Source of the DNA: a virus
Length of the DNA: 64,000 nt
IMG/VR virus record: IMGVR_UViG_3300042448_002155
Coordinates: 1-64,000 of that record
Reading direction: 5' to 3' (one strand)
In this document: positions 16,875 to 27,576 of the stretch, piece after piece
Layout of the letters: every line of letters starts with the position of its first letter
How positions within the stretch are numbered: the first letter of the stretch is position 1
Position numbers and translations under genes: made by a program
The notes under the pieces: generated by a model
Told to the model about the DNA's origin: nothing
Database searches by the model: none
What the model saw: the letters and a program-made list of their open reading frames with translations, nothing else

Positions 16875-17270
16875 TCAGTTACCGTTTTCTAATAGTGAAA
16901 CTTTATAAAATAATCTAGCCAGCTTTCCGCTGAGCTTATTCATGGTGTCAACCTCAAGTAAATTTTCGGTAGCACCTGGGGCATCTATATAAATACCTAT
17001 TCCTTCTAGGGCGTAACTTGTTCCGTCTTCTAACTTTGCAGCTTGGTCATAATCTCTTACGCTACCAATAAAATAATTTAACTTATTTAAAATGCCTAGA
17101 TCCACCGTTGTAAGTTCATCTAGTATTCTTGAAAAGTCAATTTTTAATAAATTACTTTCTAGATTTTCAGACAAACTATTTCTTGAAGATTTAAATTTAG
17201 TTCTATTAAGCTGGAATAATGGTTCTCTAATTCTATTCTTATTTTCATTTTTGCTAAAAGTTATAGCCAT
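16875..17270 (-). CDS. Small structural protein
   Basis: 131-aa ORF within the structural operon. Confidence 0.55.
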   Translation of the reverse strand: MAITFSKNENKNRIREPLFQLNRTKFKSSRNSLSENLESNLLKIDFSRILDELTTVDLGILNKLNYFIGSVRDYDQAAKLEDGTSYALEGIGIYIDAPGATENLLEVDTMNKLSGKLARLFYKVSLLENGN

Positions 17271-17271
17271 T

Positions 17272-19416
17272 TTAACCTTCTTCGTTATGTTTGAATTTAA
17301 CTCTTACACTATCTATTGATGGAGATACCAATGGATTATCTGACCTATATAGATCTGCCCTATATCGAACTGCGCTAACTGGCTTAGCTACGTCTGAATA
17401 ATACTTGATTTGAGAGACGCCATATAAATACTGAGATGAAATTATTTCTCTAGAACCAAAAACATTATCTATTGTAAATACAAATGAAGATTCAGAAACA
17501 CGCTGCCTAAATTCATATGGATCTAGATAGGTATAATAGTCTAAAAATAAAGTTCCATAATCAGATATTGACTTTCCAGACATTATATTAAAAGTAATTA
17601 ATCCTTCAAAGTTTTTATCGTAGGCAATCTTTATGAAGTTTATTCCTCTTTTAAAATCCCACTGAACATCTTTACTTAATGTACCCGAGGGAAGATCTGC
17701 TATCAGGGTATCGTTAAGGTATATTGCTAGATTGAAATCTTCTCTACTTTTTGTTACGACGTGTACTGCAGAGTTTTCTGAATCGCAGTTAATCTTGCCG
17801 TCTAATAGGCCAGAGCATATGCTATTGAATCCTGGACTAATGGAACTAAGCTGATTTGTTATTGGGGAACTAATGGTTACATCTGACGTATTAGCGGTGT
17901 TTATTTTTTCGCTCCATACGTTTAAGGCTTTGTATATTTCCACTGCATTTACAGATGAGGATCTGATTATTGAATAATTCTTAAATGAATTTATCCCAGA
18001 TAAAATAAAAGGCTGCTTAATGACCTCTACGCCAGCCACCGCTATTCTGTAAACGTTTTTACTGAAGTATACAGAAGTATTAGGGTTTAGTTCATTTGTA
18101 TTAGCGGATGTTGTGTTTAGATCAATTAATTCCAGTCCACCAACAAGCAGTCCCCCATCCTGTATATTCTTTACTGCTCTGGTGGAAGATTGAAGATTAA
18201 CAAATGTTGCATTTGAATTACTGCTTGCGTTAATTGGATCTATCGGAATCCAATTAAAATTTTCTACCCCCACTGCAGAAGGATTGTCTACCGCAACAAA
18301 ATAACTTACGTCATATCCAGATCCAACTTGATGCTCTACATCTAAAGCTATAGATTCTATTGTCAGCAGTCCGTTGTCAGTTTGTGGAATTGATAGTGGC
18401 CTAGAGATTAAGGTTGCTCTCTTATCGTGATACTTTGCTCCTATGAAAAAATCTCTTAAACCAAAATCATATATATAAGGCTTATCGGAATCATTTGAAG
18501 TTTCATCAGGGTATGTTTTAAATAATGTTAGTTTAACTTTAGAATACTTTAGGGGGTTGAAAGTAAAGGAAAATCTATCATAATCATTTCTTGAGTCTTT
18601 AATTTTTATTTGCTCTGGAATTGAGACATCATTAGGGGTCATAGTAACAATTACCGTAGTTGGACTTCCGGTCAACAAAGTTCCCTCAATCTTAGATACT
18701 GTAAAATTATTATTAATTGGAATGTCTATATCCATTGAAACTATAGACATATTTGCAGACTGGTACTTATAGCTCCAGTACGTATCCGTTAAACCATCTA
18801 AAACATTGTCAAAATCATTTACAGAAGAATTGCTATAAACTTCATTGCCATTTTCAAATATTGAAACCTTTACGGATTGAAGATTAACTACGGATGAAGA
18901 TATCATATCAAATATGCCAGAGCTAATTTTGGGAATAGTTACATTTCCTATAGATGTATCTACGAAAGCATCTGTGAGCGACATATCTATATTAGTTGTA
19001 TTAGAAAAATTATCTATAAAAGAATAAAAAAATCCATCTGAATTTAAATTAGAGAATATTAGTTGATCGACTTTACCTTCTAATTCTCTTCTTTTTGCTT
19101 TTAGATTTGACAATCTTTTATTTAAGGATGTTATTGTCGACATTAACTCATAGTTATTTTCGTTAATGCACTCATATAATATTTCTAGATTAAATAAAGA
19201 ATTAATCATGAGCTCATTAAGATCAGAATGGTTAATAAAATCTGATAAACTTATAGCATTATAGTCAACGGAAACAGGGAGACCTAATTTATTAGTTGAA
19301 AAATATGTATTAAATATTTTTCTAATTTCTTCTTCTGAGGGTCTATTTCCTGAAGAATAAAATAATTTATATATATTATTTAAAAATTTTCTCTTTTGTA
19401 TTGTTGCTATGTTCAT
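17272..19416 (-). CDS. Baseplate/tail appendage structural protein (paralog family member)
   Basis: Coiled-coil N-terminus, VLDGLTDTYW jelly-roll-like signature, YDFGLRDF, C-terminal SPSIDSV. Confidence 0.6.
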   Translation of the reverse strand: MNIATIQKRKFLNNIYKLFYSSGNRPSEEEIRKIFNTYFSTNKLGLPVSVDYNAISLSDFINHSDLNELMINSLFNLEILYECINENNYELMSTITSLNKRLSNLKAKRRELEGKVDQLIFSNLNSDGFFYSFIDNFSNTTNIDMSLTDAFVDTSIGNVTIPKISSGIFDMISSSVVNLQSVKVSIFENGNEVYSNSSVNDFDNVLDGLTDTYWSYKYQSANMSIVSMDIDIPINNNFTVSKIEGTLLTGSPTTVIVTMTPNDVSIPEQIKIKDSRNDYDRFSFTFNPLKYSKVKLTLFKTYPDETSNDSDKPYIYDFGLRDFFIGAKYHDKRATLISRPLSIPQTDNGLLTIESIALDVEHQVGSGYDVSYFVAVDNPSAVGVENFNWIPIDPINASSNSNATFVNLQSSTRAVKNIQDGGLLVGGLELIDLNTTSANTNELNPNTSVYFSKNVYRIAVAGVEVIKQPFILSGINSFKNYSIIRSSSVNAVEIYKALNVWSEKINTANTSDVTISSPITNQLSSISPGFNSICSGLLDGKINCDSENSAVHVVTKSREDFNLAIYLNDTLIADLPSGTLSKDVQWDFKRGINFIKIAYDKNFEGLITFNIMSGKSISDYGTLFLDYYTYLDPYEFRQRVSESSFVFTIDNVFGSREIISSQYLYGVSQIKYYSDVAKPVSAVRYRADLYRSDNPLVSPSIDSVRVKFKHNEEG

Positions 19417-22157
19417 GATCTTTTAACCTTAGCTATTAGTTGATAAGAGTATATACTTGGAGTAAAGTTTAGTCTATTCTTTTTAGTAATTTTTATTTTA
19501 ACTAGAATACTTTTTACCTCTCTTGGCACTGCGGGATAAGTGAGATACGAGGCTCCAGAAAGCCTATACTCACTTAGCACTGACTGGTTAAACAGCAGAA
19601 CTTCTGGTATGCCGGAAAAGTCCAATTGTATAGGAGATATCTGAATCCAGTTATTGCCTCCGTCTACAGAGATGTATCCTAGTAGGGATATATTTTTTAA
19701 CATAGCTTCGTCAATATTGGAGTCAATGCTTAGCATTACTGATTCCACTGGAAAGTCAAAGTTAAACGGCAGAGAAACAATTTCTAATTGAGAATTAAAT
19801 GTTTCCTTGTAAACTTCTATATCCTTTAGACCTATACACCAACGCTTAGCCGGATATCTTTCCTTGGCTGACTGCACCAAAACTTTATGCGTTTTTATTC
19901 TTTCTTGCGCGGTAAAAGATTCTTCAACTAAAGACATTAAATTTACCGTACTTCCGTCATCTAGTAGCGTTGGACCAATATCTGTAATAGTTAAAGTTAA
20001 GTTATTTGTTGGTGCCGTACCACCAAGGCTTGTTCCAAGAATAGTAATAGTATCCCCTATGGCGTAACCAGTGCCATACTTAGTCATTGTGACTGTTGTG
20101 TTTCCGCTGTAATTTGCGCTTGATCCAGTTTTAGTGATGGTAAATACTGCGTCAGCACCAGCCCCACTGGTGACGCTTTGAATAACTCCAGGATAAGCTG
20201 TCGCTCTAGTTGCAACTGTTAGGGTCAAGTCATTTGTTGGTGACGTACCACCAAGGTTTGTTCCAAGGATGGTGATCGTATCTCCTACGGCGTAGTTGGA
20301 GCCACCATTGGTTATTGTGACGGTTATATTATCGCTGTAAACGGCGCCTGACCCAGTTTTGGCGATAGTAAATACCGCGCCAGTACCAGTCCCACTGGTG
20401 GCGCTTTGACTTCTTGCCGTATAAGTTGCAGCAGCGGTGACGCTAGTTCCAGAAGCAGTAAATGTTGTAGCGCCCTGAACCAAGGGGGACTTGGTAATGC
20501 TCGTTCCAGAAGCGGTAAACGTTGTGCCACCTGGAACCAGAGCGGTATTTAATACATAGAGGTCCATTAGCTCATCAAAGTCGTTTTGCGCTGCCTCCAT
20601 AGTGTTGTAGTTTTTATTTTTTATTTCATCTTCAGAATATTCTATTGATGGTAGGAAGGATGCACTCTTGGTAACCTTGCCTGTTCCTAGCTCAAATTGA
20701 GAATCCCATCTTTCAAAGTAAACTTTTCTCCGCACATCTAACGGACTAGTTAAGGTCAGTTCTATAACGTAAAACTTTCTTGCTACTGGTTTCTTTTTTA
20801 TTGAAACATCAATACTTTTAAAGGCGGCTCCTAATCTGGAATACTCTGTTGGATTAGACTGTGTCGGCAGTAGGTTGTACTTGTTATATTCAACTTTTTC
20901 GTATATATCTTTACTCAGTGCATCCGGATTAAATCTTTCTAAATTTACAAAAGGATTATTTCTATTTGATGCTGTTGGCTTCCAGTACAGGTGCTGAATA
21001 TCTATATTAGAATACTCTGGCTGTCTAAAAGAGACTTGAATTTTAAAAACTTGTCTTTCCGAAAATCTTATTGTGGCTTTATCATAGAAGTATGATTTAG
21101 CCATTTGTAGATTTAGTGGCACTAGTGAAGACCCTATGTATATGGGAGATTTAAGAATTTGCTCCGAAACCCCATCCTTACCATATACTATTATGCTATT
21201 AACCTCAACATATTTCATAGATCCAAAATACGGAGTAATGTCTATACTATTTGCAACAGCACTATTTGAAGATGCTAATTCTAAGTCAAGGACTAAGGGT
21301 TCGTCCACTGGATGGTTTGACCAATCTAGTAAATCACCTTCTCCGGTTTTGGAGCTGCTAAATTCTGATGTAAGATATTTAAATTCATTTTGTCTTGCCG
21401 GAATAGATGGCTTAGGTGATGGGTTACTTTTGTCTACATTTAATGCTTCATATTCAAAGTAGCTTAAAGGGTTAGAATCTTTTATACTGGTAAGATTATT
21501 CAATGTGGCACTATTCTCAAATACATATTTATAATCGCTACTCCGTTCAGCGTCTAGCGATCTAACTACCTGATGGCTATTGCCTATAAATCCTCCAGAG
21601 CTTAATACTTTTACTAAGTTTGCATTCCATTTTTGGGTAGCTGAGATTGAAAGGCTCATTACTCCATTTTTAATTAATGGATTAAATCCAGCTTGTATTT
21701 TTGAGTAATCTATTGAATCATCGTTATCAAAGGAATCACCAACATAAAATATATCATCAGCTGGACTTCTAGAATACATTTGTAGGACTTTGGCTTTTGA
21801 TGCTATTCGTTCGGAAAATCTTTTTTCATTTTCTATTTCTTTTGTGAATAGATTAAACACACTAATAGATTTTGCATTTAATGAGTCTATCTGACCAGCA
21901 GCTACGTTAATGTCCGATGTAGAGCCTTCAAAAAATAAATTAACCTTTGAAGACATGGGTGGTTCGCCTTTAATGAAGGGATCATACTGAGTTAGTGGTG
22001 CGCCCATCTGTTGCTGCACCTCTGTTAAAATTGTTGAATATTCACTAGCTATTTCTTCTTTGGAAAAAATTCCTTTAGAATTTACTACATTAATTAACCT
22101 AGCTACTTTGATTAAAAGTTGCTGGTAAGATAATAGGTTTGAGGATAATTGTGTCAT
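19413..22157 (-). CDS. Baseplate/tail appendage structural protein with inserted tandem Gly/Thr-rich domains
   Basis: Paralog motifs WCIGLKDI and TPSIYSY, plus an internal duplicated beta-domain. Confidence 0.65.
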   Translation of the reverse strand: MTQLSSNLLSYQQLLIKVARLINVVNSKGIFSKEEIASEYSTILTEVQQQMGAPLTQYDPFIKGEPPMSSKVNLFFEGSTSDINVAAGQIDSLNAKSISVFNLFTKEIENEKRFSERIASKAKVLQMYSRSPADDIFYVGDSFDNDDSIDYSKIQAGFNPLIKNGVMSLSISATQKWNANLVKVLSSGGFIGNSHQVVRSLDAERSSDYKYVFENSATLNNLTSIKDSNPLSYFEYEALNVDKSNPSPKPSIPARQNEFKYLTSEFSSSKTGEGDLLDWSNHPVDEPLVLDLELASSNSAVANSIDITPYFGSMKYVEVNSIIVYGKDGVSEQILKSPIYIGSSLVPLNLQMAKSYFYDKATIRFSERQVFKIQVSFRQPEYSNIDIQHLYWKPTASNRNNPFVNLERFNPDALSKDIYEKVEYNKYNLLPTQSNPTEYSRLGAAFKSIDVSIKKKPVARKFYVIELTLTSPLDVRRKVYFERWDSQFELGTGKVTKSASFLPSIEYSEDEIKNKNYNTMEAAQNDFDELMDLYVLNTALVPGGTTFTASGTSITKSPLVQGATTFTASGTSVTAAATYTARSQSATSGTGTGAVFTIAKTGSGAVYSDNITVTITNGGSNYAVGDTITILGTNLGGTSPTNDLTLTVATRATAYPGVIQSVTSGAGADAVFTITKTGSSANYSGNTTVTMTKYGTGYAIGDTITILGTSLGGTAPTNNLTLTITDIGPTLLDDGSTVNLMSLVEESFTAQERIKTHKVLVQSAKERYPAKRWCIGLKDIEVYKETFNSQLEIVSLPFNFDFPVESVMLSIDSNIDEAMLKNISLLGYISVDGGNNWIQISPIQLDFSGIPEVLLFNQSVLSEYRLSGASYLTYPAVPREVKSILVKIKITKKNRLNFTPSIYSYQLIAKVKRS
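19987..20427 (-). repeat. Two diverged in-frame tandem copies, 228-bp (76-aa) period
   Basis: GTACCACCAAGG at 20017 and 20245; CCCACTGGTG at 20163 and 20391. The protein has Q.S.TSG.G..AVFTI.KTGS..Y..N.TVT....G..YA.GDTITILGT.LGGT.PTN.LTLT twice. Confidence 0.9.
20440..20541 (-). repeat. Two in-frame tandem copies, 57-bp (19-aa) period
   Basis: LVPGGTTFTASGTSIT / LVQGATTFTASGTSVT, with GTTCCAGAAGC repeated 57 bp apart. Confidence 0.85.
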
Positions 22158-22167
22158 AAGAGTCTCT

Positions 22168-24771
22168 TTATCTGAACGTAGAATTTAACTTATCATAATA
22201 GGAATCATAATTTATTGTTTTCATCTTTAATACCAGACTGTCAATAGATATCGGATCTGTCGATTCAGGTATATTCTTTCTTAAAATTATTCTAAATCTT
22301 AAATCGTTAGGAACATACTGATAATCTACTTTAAATGGCGTATTTATATTTTTATTAAAAACGATTCCTTGACCGCTGTGAATAAATATAGTGTTATTAG
22401 TTTGAAAGAATTCATTTTTTTGAGAGCTAGAAGTATAGTTAGTTATGTTTAACGCGAAAGATCCATCTGACAATTGAACTCTTACCGGAGAATAGCCGGA
22501 AAAATTACCCGTAAAACTAGTACCGCTAGACTTACTGAAGAAGGCATTGACAGCCGCGCCCCTATTAATGTAGGGTGCATACGACAATCTAACATACGAA
22601 TTAGAGTCAGTTTGCTTGAATTGTTCCCCTGGCCCATTTACTGTTCCAAATGACTTAACAGATTCAAGGAATATGTTTTGTCTAATAAAATCAATTTCAT
22701 TGTGTAAAGCTAAAGAATAGTCCAAGGAATAGCTAGCTACATATGTATCTGCTGGATTGAAAGTTTGACTAGACAAAGTAATTGTTTTATTTGAGCTAGA
22801 ATAAGAATAGCTAATCGATCCTCGCGGCATAAGTGTTCCGTTTTTATATATATTAATAGAGTTAGCTATAGCACTAAAGCGAAGGGTTGCCTTTTTTGAA
22901 GTTGGATCAAAGAACAGCATTTCAGACTCTATAAACGAAGTACCATATGATGCTACTGGAGTCCAGTCAGATTCCCTATTGGGAATTGGCTTATTAGATA
23001 TTGAAAGTTCATAGGACGCTGGAGATCTAAGATCTAATTGAGAAGACATAACAGATAGGGAATTTGTTGCCTGATTTATTTTTGCTTTTACTGCCGTTAT
23101 TTGTCCGTCTACTGGGATTTTTTTACTAACAAAAACTGCTTTATTACTCTCCGCATTTAAAGTTTCAATTAACTCTATAGATTTTAAGGAAAAAGTATAT
23201 TCATAAGAGTTTTCAGATTCCATAACTTGTGAATTATTTACTGCATTTGTGTTGGGAAATGAAATTATTGGATTAAAAAATTGATTTTTATAATCAGACA
23301 TTTGATTCGAAGAACTGTATTGGCCGAATCCAGCTTGATTAAGACTGCTTACAGAACTGCTACTTATTCCTTTTTCCGTATACTGTGTATTGTTAAAAAT
23401 GTTTAATTTACCAGAAAAACTATCTAGCATAGTGTTCATAAGATTTATAAATACTGGAGTATTAGAAAAAATATTTCTGTCTTCCATCGCCAAGGAATTA
23501 AAATCTTTAATCTGATCATTTAAAGTAGAGATATAAGAATTAAACTCAGATGGAAATCTATATGTATAGTAATCATTATCTGAATATTTGTTTTTGGATA
23601 AGCCAGAAACTGTATTTTTTCTAGAAAAAAACCAATAAACTATATCTTGAAATTTGCTAAATCTTTTTGTTCTATCATTAATTATTTGCTTAACAAAAGA
23701 ATCTAAAACTTTTGAGTTTAGTTCTGAGACTAAAGGAGTTTTATTTGATCTTATGTAATTTGATTGATTAAATAAAAATATAATCTTTTTTACATTCTTT
23801 TTATCAAATCTTAATTCAAAGACTCCATTAATTAATGTTGGTCGATCTAACAAGGTAGTATAAACTTCTGCTGAATTTAAATTATTAGATTGTTCTGGAG
23901 AGTTATGGAATAACACCACCTGCAGCAATTGAAAGTTATTGGATTGATTTGGGTTAAATCTAATTGTATCAATATTTATATTTCTTTGCAGATCGACTTC
24001 CGCGGATGTAACCGCTCCCTTGATTAATGTGTAATCATATCGAATATATTTTAAAGATTCTCTAATTTGAGAATCTAATATAACTGGACTCTTGACTGTA
24101 ATGCTCCATGAATCTGAAAAGTTATCATTAAACAAATTAAAAAAATCATTATTAGTAGTTATATAATTATCATAATTAGTTTGAATATTTATATCTTTAA
24201 TATTTCTAATTATATTTTTGATATCTTGAGAGCTACCTATCTTAAATACACCTAAGGAACTGTCGATAAAAGCGTTGCCATTTTCAGCAAAGGCAACGTT
24301 GTCTCTATCCGGAATACCGAAAGTTACGTTGTCTGATCTGTAATCATTAATAAAGCTATCGAATTTTTCTATGTAGTTAGCATTGAAGAGGTCATCTTTA
24401 CCTGAGATGAATTCATAATTATCAATAAATAATTCTAATTTATCTAAATCAGTCTGAACTTTATCTATTTCAGAAGAAAAAATATCCACCATAGACGTCA
24501 ATACTAACCCATTTGCATTTGCTGCAGAGAATAATTGTTGCTCTCTTAAAAATAAATTTCTGAATGAATCAATTAATATTTCTTTTGAGATCAAAGAAAA
24601 TGCTGGAATGCGAGCAGCTGAGAAATTCCTGTCAATTACGTTGTTATTCATTTTATTTATTAACGTTGGCAAGTCTTCTTTAGAGACCTTCATGTTTCTA
24701 ATCAAAGAAGAAATACTAGCTCTAGTTGAGGAGGAGTATTGATTTATCGTTTCTGGTAAATAATTTAACAT
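22168..24771 (-). CDS. Baseplate/tail appendage structural protein (paralog family member)
   Basis: Coiled-coil N-terminus, FNDNFSDSW, YTFSLKSI, C-terminal PISIDSL. Confidence 0.6.
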   Translation of the reverse strand: MLNYLPETINQYSSSTRASISSLIRNMKVSKEDLPTLINKMNNNVIDRNFSAARIPAFSLISKEILIDSFRNLFLREQQLFSAANANGLVLTSMVDIFSSEIDKVQTDLDKLELFIDNYEFISGKDDLFNANYIEKFDSFINDYRSDNVTFGIPDRDNVAFAENGNAFIDSSLGVFKIGSSQDIKNIIRNIKDINIQTNYDNYITTNNDFFNLFNDNFSDSWSITVKSPVILDSQIRESLKYIRYDYTLIKGAVTSAEVDLQRNINIDTIRFNPNQSNNFQLLQVVLFHNSPEQSNNLNSAEVYTTLLDRPTLINGVFELRFDKKNVKKIIFLFNQSNYIRSNKTPLVSELNSKVLDSFVKQIINDRTKRFSKFQDIVYWFFSRKNTVSGLSKNKYSDNDYYTYRFPSEFNSYISTLNDQIKDFNSLAMEDRNIFSNTPVFINLMNTMLDSFSGKLNIFNNTQYTEKGISSSSVSSLNQAGFGQYSSSNQMSDYKNQFFNPIISFPNTNAVNNSQVMESENSYEYTFSLKSIELIETLNAESNKAVFVSKKIPVDGQITAVKAKINQATNSLSVMSSQLDLRSPASYELSISNKPIPNRESDWTPVASYGTSFIESEMLFFDPTSKKATLRFSAIANSINIYKNGTLMPRGSISYSYSSSNKTITLSSQTFNPADTYVASYSLDYSLALHNEIDFIRQNIFLESVKSFGTVNGPGEQFKQTDSNSYVRLSYAPYINRGAAVNAFFSKSSGTSFTGNFSGYSPVRVQLSDGSFALNITNYTSSSQKNEFFQTNNTIFIHSGQGIVFNKNINTPFKVDYQYVPNDLRFRIILRKNIPESTDPISIDSLVLKMKTINYDSYYDKLNSTFR

Positions 24772-24772
24772 T

Positions 24773-27547
24773 TTAACTCCAGTTATCTCCGCTCATGTTC
24801 TGAAGGTCAAAAACAACTCCAGCTGTAAGATTATTTTGAATTATACTATATATTTCTTTTTCATCAATAAAGTTATCTTTTACTTCTTCTGGCATTCTAA
24901 TTATAACATACCCACCTCTTGTATAGGCGTTTCCTTGGGCTGGATATGTGTCCCAGTAAGAAAGTATCTCATCAATATTCTCAATTGCTTCCGAATTCTG
25001 TACTGTCGATTTTACTCCTCCACCCCTCAATCTTAAGTCTGTCAATTTTGGCTTATCCCTGTTGGGATCATTAGTAACATACATAACTGCTATTACTAAA
25101 GCAAAGGGATCATAGTTAGTTGACAGCACATTAAAGATTGTTGAATCGTAAGTAAAGTTTACACTTTGATTATAATCATGATCTAGAACTTCTATATATT
25201 CGACTGGTTGCGAGGAGTCATCGCCATATCTTTTTTTGTATATATTTTTTGGAGTTAGATATATATAAAGTGGCTTATCAAATTTAATAGTGCCTGCATT
25301 TAGCAGCGGGTTTAATGGTACTGGATTTCCATCTACATGCCTTATTAGAAGATCTTTATTTTCAGTTGTGTAGGAGACTTTAATAAAAGAACTATTTGAA
25401 GGAACAACAGCCCGCTTAAAAGTGATAACTCCTGTTTGCGAATTAATATCTTTTATTAACCTATAGGGCACTTGTGTCCACTGGCTATCGTCTGTTTCTT
25501 TAGTGAATACTTTAACTTCACTTTTTATTATTCCAGCTATTGATGATGAATAATTAGTTGGATGATTCCAGTTTAGTATTGGAGTTCTTCTTACTCTTAT
25601 ATTTTTGCTATCTAATACTGTAGGATATTCATCTATGATGTCATAATGCCCATGGCCATATATTCTAGACCAAGAAACATCCTGCTGATCCAAAGTACTA
25701 TATTGAGCTAGCAGTCTTTGGTTCTTGTAGTCTTTCTTCCAGTCAAACCATTGATTTGCTGGGGAGATATATATTTCTTTTGAAAAAGTACCAGAAGTAA
25801 CTGGAAGCTCCCATGCATCAAACTTTGACAGGTTTGGACTTATTGGATTAACCTTAATGGCACTTGAGGATTTGTATCTAACTGAATATATTGGAACGAT
25901 ATACTTTAATGGAACCCTACTTGGTATAAAGGTATTGGAATTATTGATACCAAAAAATTCACCATCTCCCGGTCTGCCGTCTGCATCCAACGCACAAATT
26001 CCTATGAATATGTTCTCCACGTTTCTACTAAAAGAGCTTTCTGACCTTGAGTAAAAATCAACATAGTTTAAGTAATTACCTAAAAATTCTTTTTGCTCTA
26101 TGTCATAGAATCCGTATCTAATACCATCATCTGGGAATTCATTACTTATCGAGAAGGTTCCGTACTGAAGATCTCTTTCTTCTAATTCTATTCTATTCTG
26201 AGATGGAATATCATTAATTGCAGATCTTATTTGTCCAAGGGTAGGTATTCCAATTGGTCTACCTTCTTGATTGCAAAAGAGCAGTATTCCATCCCCATAA
26301 TTAATAGTATTTTTATCTTTAGACGATAGCACTATGCCAGAAACGGTTCTCATATAATTAACAGATAGGTCAATTGAGCTCGTGGTTACTATGGAATCCC
26401 CATAATAAGTAGCTGAAGTTTCAATAGTTAATACATTATTTGAATTGCTAATTGATACTGGAGTTTCACCAGTGACCAGTTGTCCACCCGAGGTAACATT
26501 GCTTAATGTTAAACCAGAAAGGACTATGGCACGGTTTGTGTCTCTATCAGAAAAAGTTTTAATTCTTACTTCATTGTTTTCATAGTCTACTGTATTCAAT
26601 GTCTTTGCATCGCTGGATGTAAAGGTAATAGATGTATTTACACCTTCTGTTTCGGAAGGATATTCTATTTTAGAAATATAATGAGAACCATTGCTTAACG
26701 AGGTTATGGACTTAATATTATCTAAATTATTTAAAGGAACCGTTATTGATCTACTGGGGGATACGTTTTGCACTTCTCCAGATATTGAAACGCTAACAGT
26801 AACTGGCATAGGGGAGTAATCAATCCTGCTTCGCGGGACCGTCAAAGGCCCAGGCTGAACTATTCCTTCTACATCTATTCTTGCAATAGAAAACCCTTCA
26901 GCTTCTCCAAAGCCAGATATCTTATTACCGATAAGGCTAATGCACATATACTTTGCGTCAGACGTGTTCCTGCCATTCATTGGAATTGTTACTTTCCCGG
27001 AAGCTGCAGATAGATCTAATAGTTCAGCCCCCCCAAATTTTAAAAGATCAGTCTGGTAAGTAGGCGACCAAAAAATGGAAGTTACTTTAAATTGTCTCCA
27101 TTTTGGATTTGAATCCGCTGTAATAATAATATTATTTATTTTTAATATATCATCTGGTATTTCAAAGAAAATATAATCTAATGCTATAGAGGGACCTACT
27201 GTCCCAGAGAAACTTATTTTTTTATAGCTTCTGTCAGAGTTAATAGATGAGGTAGTGCCCATATTTTCTACGGCAATAATATACTTTCTTATATCCTCTG
27301 AAGCAAAGTTCTTCCAGCCTTGAAATAATTCTGGAGTTGACAACTTCATGTTCAACCAGACTTTAGCTAAATACCATTTAGTTTCACTATCAACTTTCCC
27401 ATCGCGAAATATTTGATTATTTTTTATTTGGAAAGTTTTTACGGCTGAAGTAGTAGCTGGTCCATAAGCGCCATCTATAGCCTTGGCATAGGATCCACTA
27501 GCAGCTAATGTATATTGTATATATTTTACGTATTCATGTGATGACAT
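24773..27547 (-). CDS. Structural protein with an N-terminal peptidoglycan-binding domain (PG_binding_1)
   Basis: VKYIQYTL...IDGAYGPATTSAVKTFQ...DGKVDSET is the PGBD consensus. The rest is beta-rich and ends with a DLRLRGGG...GGYVIIRMP block. Confidence 0.7.
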   Translation of the reverse strand: MSSHEYVKYIQYTLAASGSYAKAIDGAYGPATTSAVKTFQIKNNQIFRDGKVDSETKWYLAKVWLNMKLSTPELFQGWKNFASEDIRKYIIAVENMGTTSSINSDRSYKKISFSGTVGPSIALDYIFFEIPDDILKINNIIITADSNPKWRQFKVTSIFWSPTYQTDLLKFGGAELLDLSAASGKVTIPMNGRNTSDAKYMCISLIGNKISGFGEAEGFSIARIDVEGIVQPGPLTVPRSRIDYSPMPVTVSVSISGEVQNVSPSRSITVPLNNLDNIKSITSLSNGSHYISKIEYPSETEGVNTSITFTSSDAKTLNTVDYENNEVRIKTFSDRDTNRAIVLSGLTLSNVTSGGQLVTGETPVSISNSNNVLTIETSATYYGDSIVTTSSIDLSVNYMRTVSGIVLSSKDKNTINYGDGILLFCNQEGRPIGIPTLGQIRSAINDIPSQNRIELEERDLQYGTFSISNEFPDDGIRYGFYDIEQKEFLGNYLNYVDFYSRSESSFSRNVENIFIGICALDADGRPGDGEFFGINNSNTFIPSRVPLKYIVPIYSVRYKSSSAIKVNPISPNLSKFDAWELPVTSGTFSKEIYISPANQWFDWKKDYKNQRLLAQYSTLDQQDVSWSRIYGHGHYDIIDEYPTVLDSKNIRVRRTPILNWNHPTNYSSSIAGIIKSEVKVFTKETDDSQWTQVPYRLIKDINSQTGVITFKRAVVPSNSSFIKVSYTTENKDLLIRHVDGNPVPLNPLLNAGTIKFDKPLYIYLTPKNIYKKRYGDDSSQPVEYIEVLDHDYNQSVNFTYDSTIFNVLSTNYDPFALVIAVMYVTNDPNRDKPKLTDLRLRGGGVKSTVQNSEAIENIDEILSYWDTYPAQGNAYTRGGYVIIRMPEEVKDNFIDEKEIYSIIQNNLTAGVVFDLQNMSGDNWS

Positions 27548-27576
27548 ATTTCTTAGCTCTCATGTACTAGTGTTTT

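Noticed and set aside
19987-20541. Diversity-generating retroelement template/variable repeat pair
   Set aside because: The copies are adjacent and in frame, they differ at all base types rather than only adenines, and there is no reverse transcriptase in the window.
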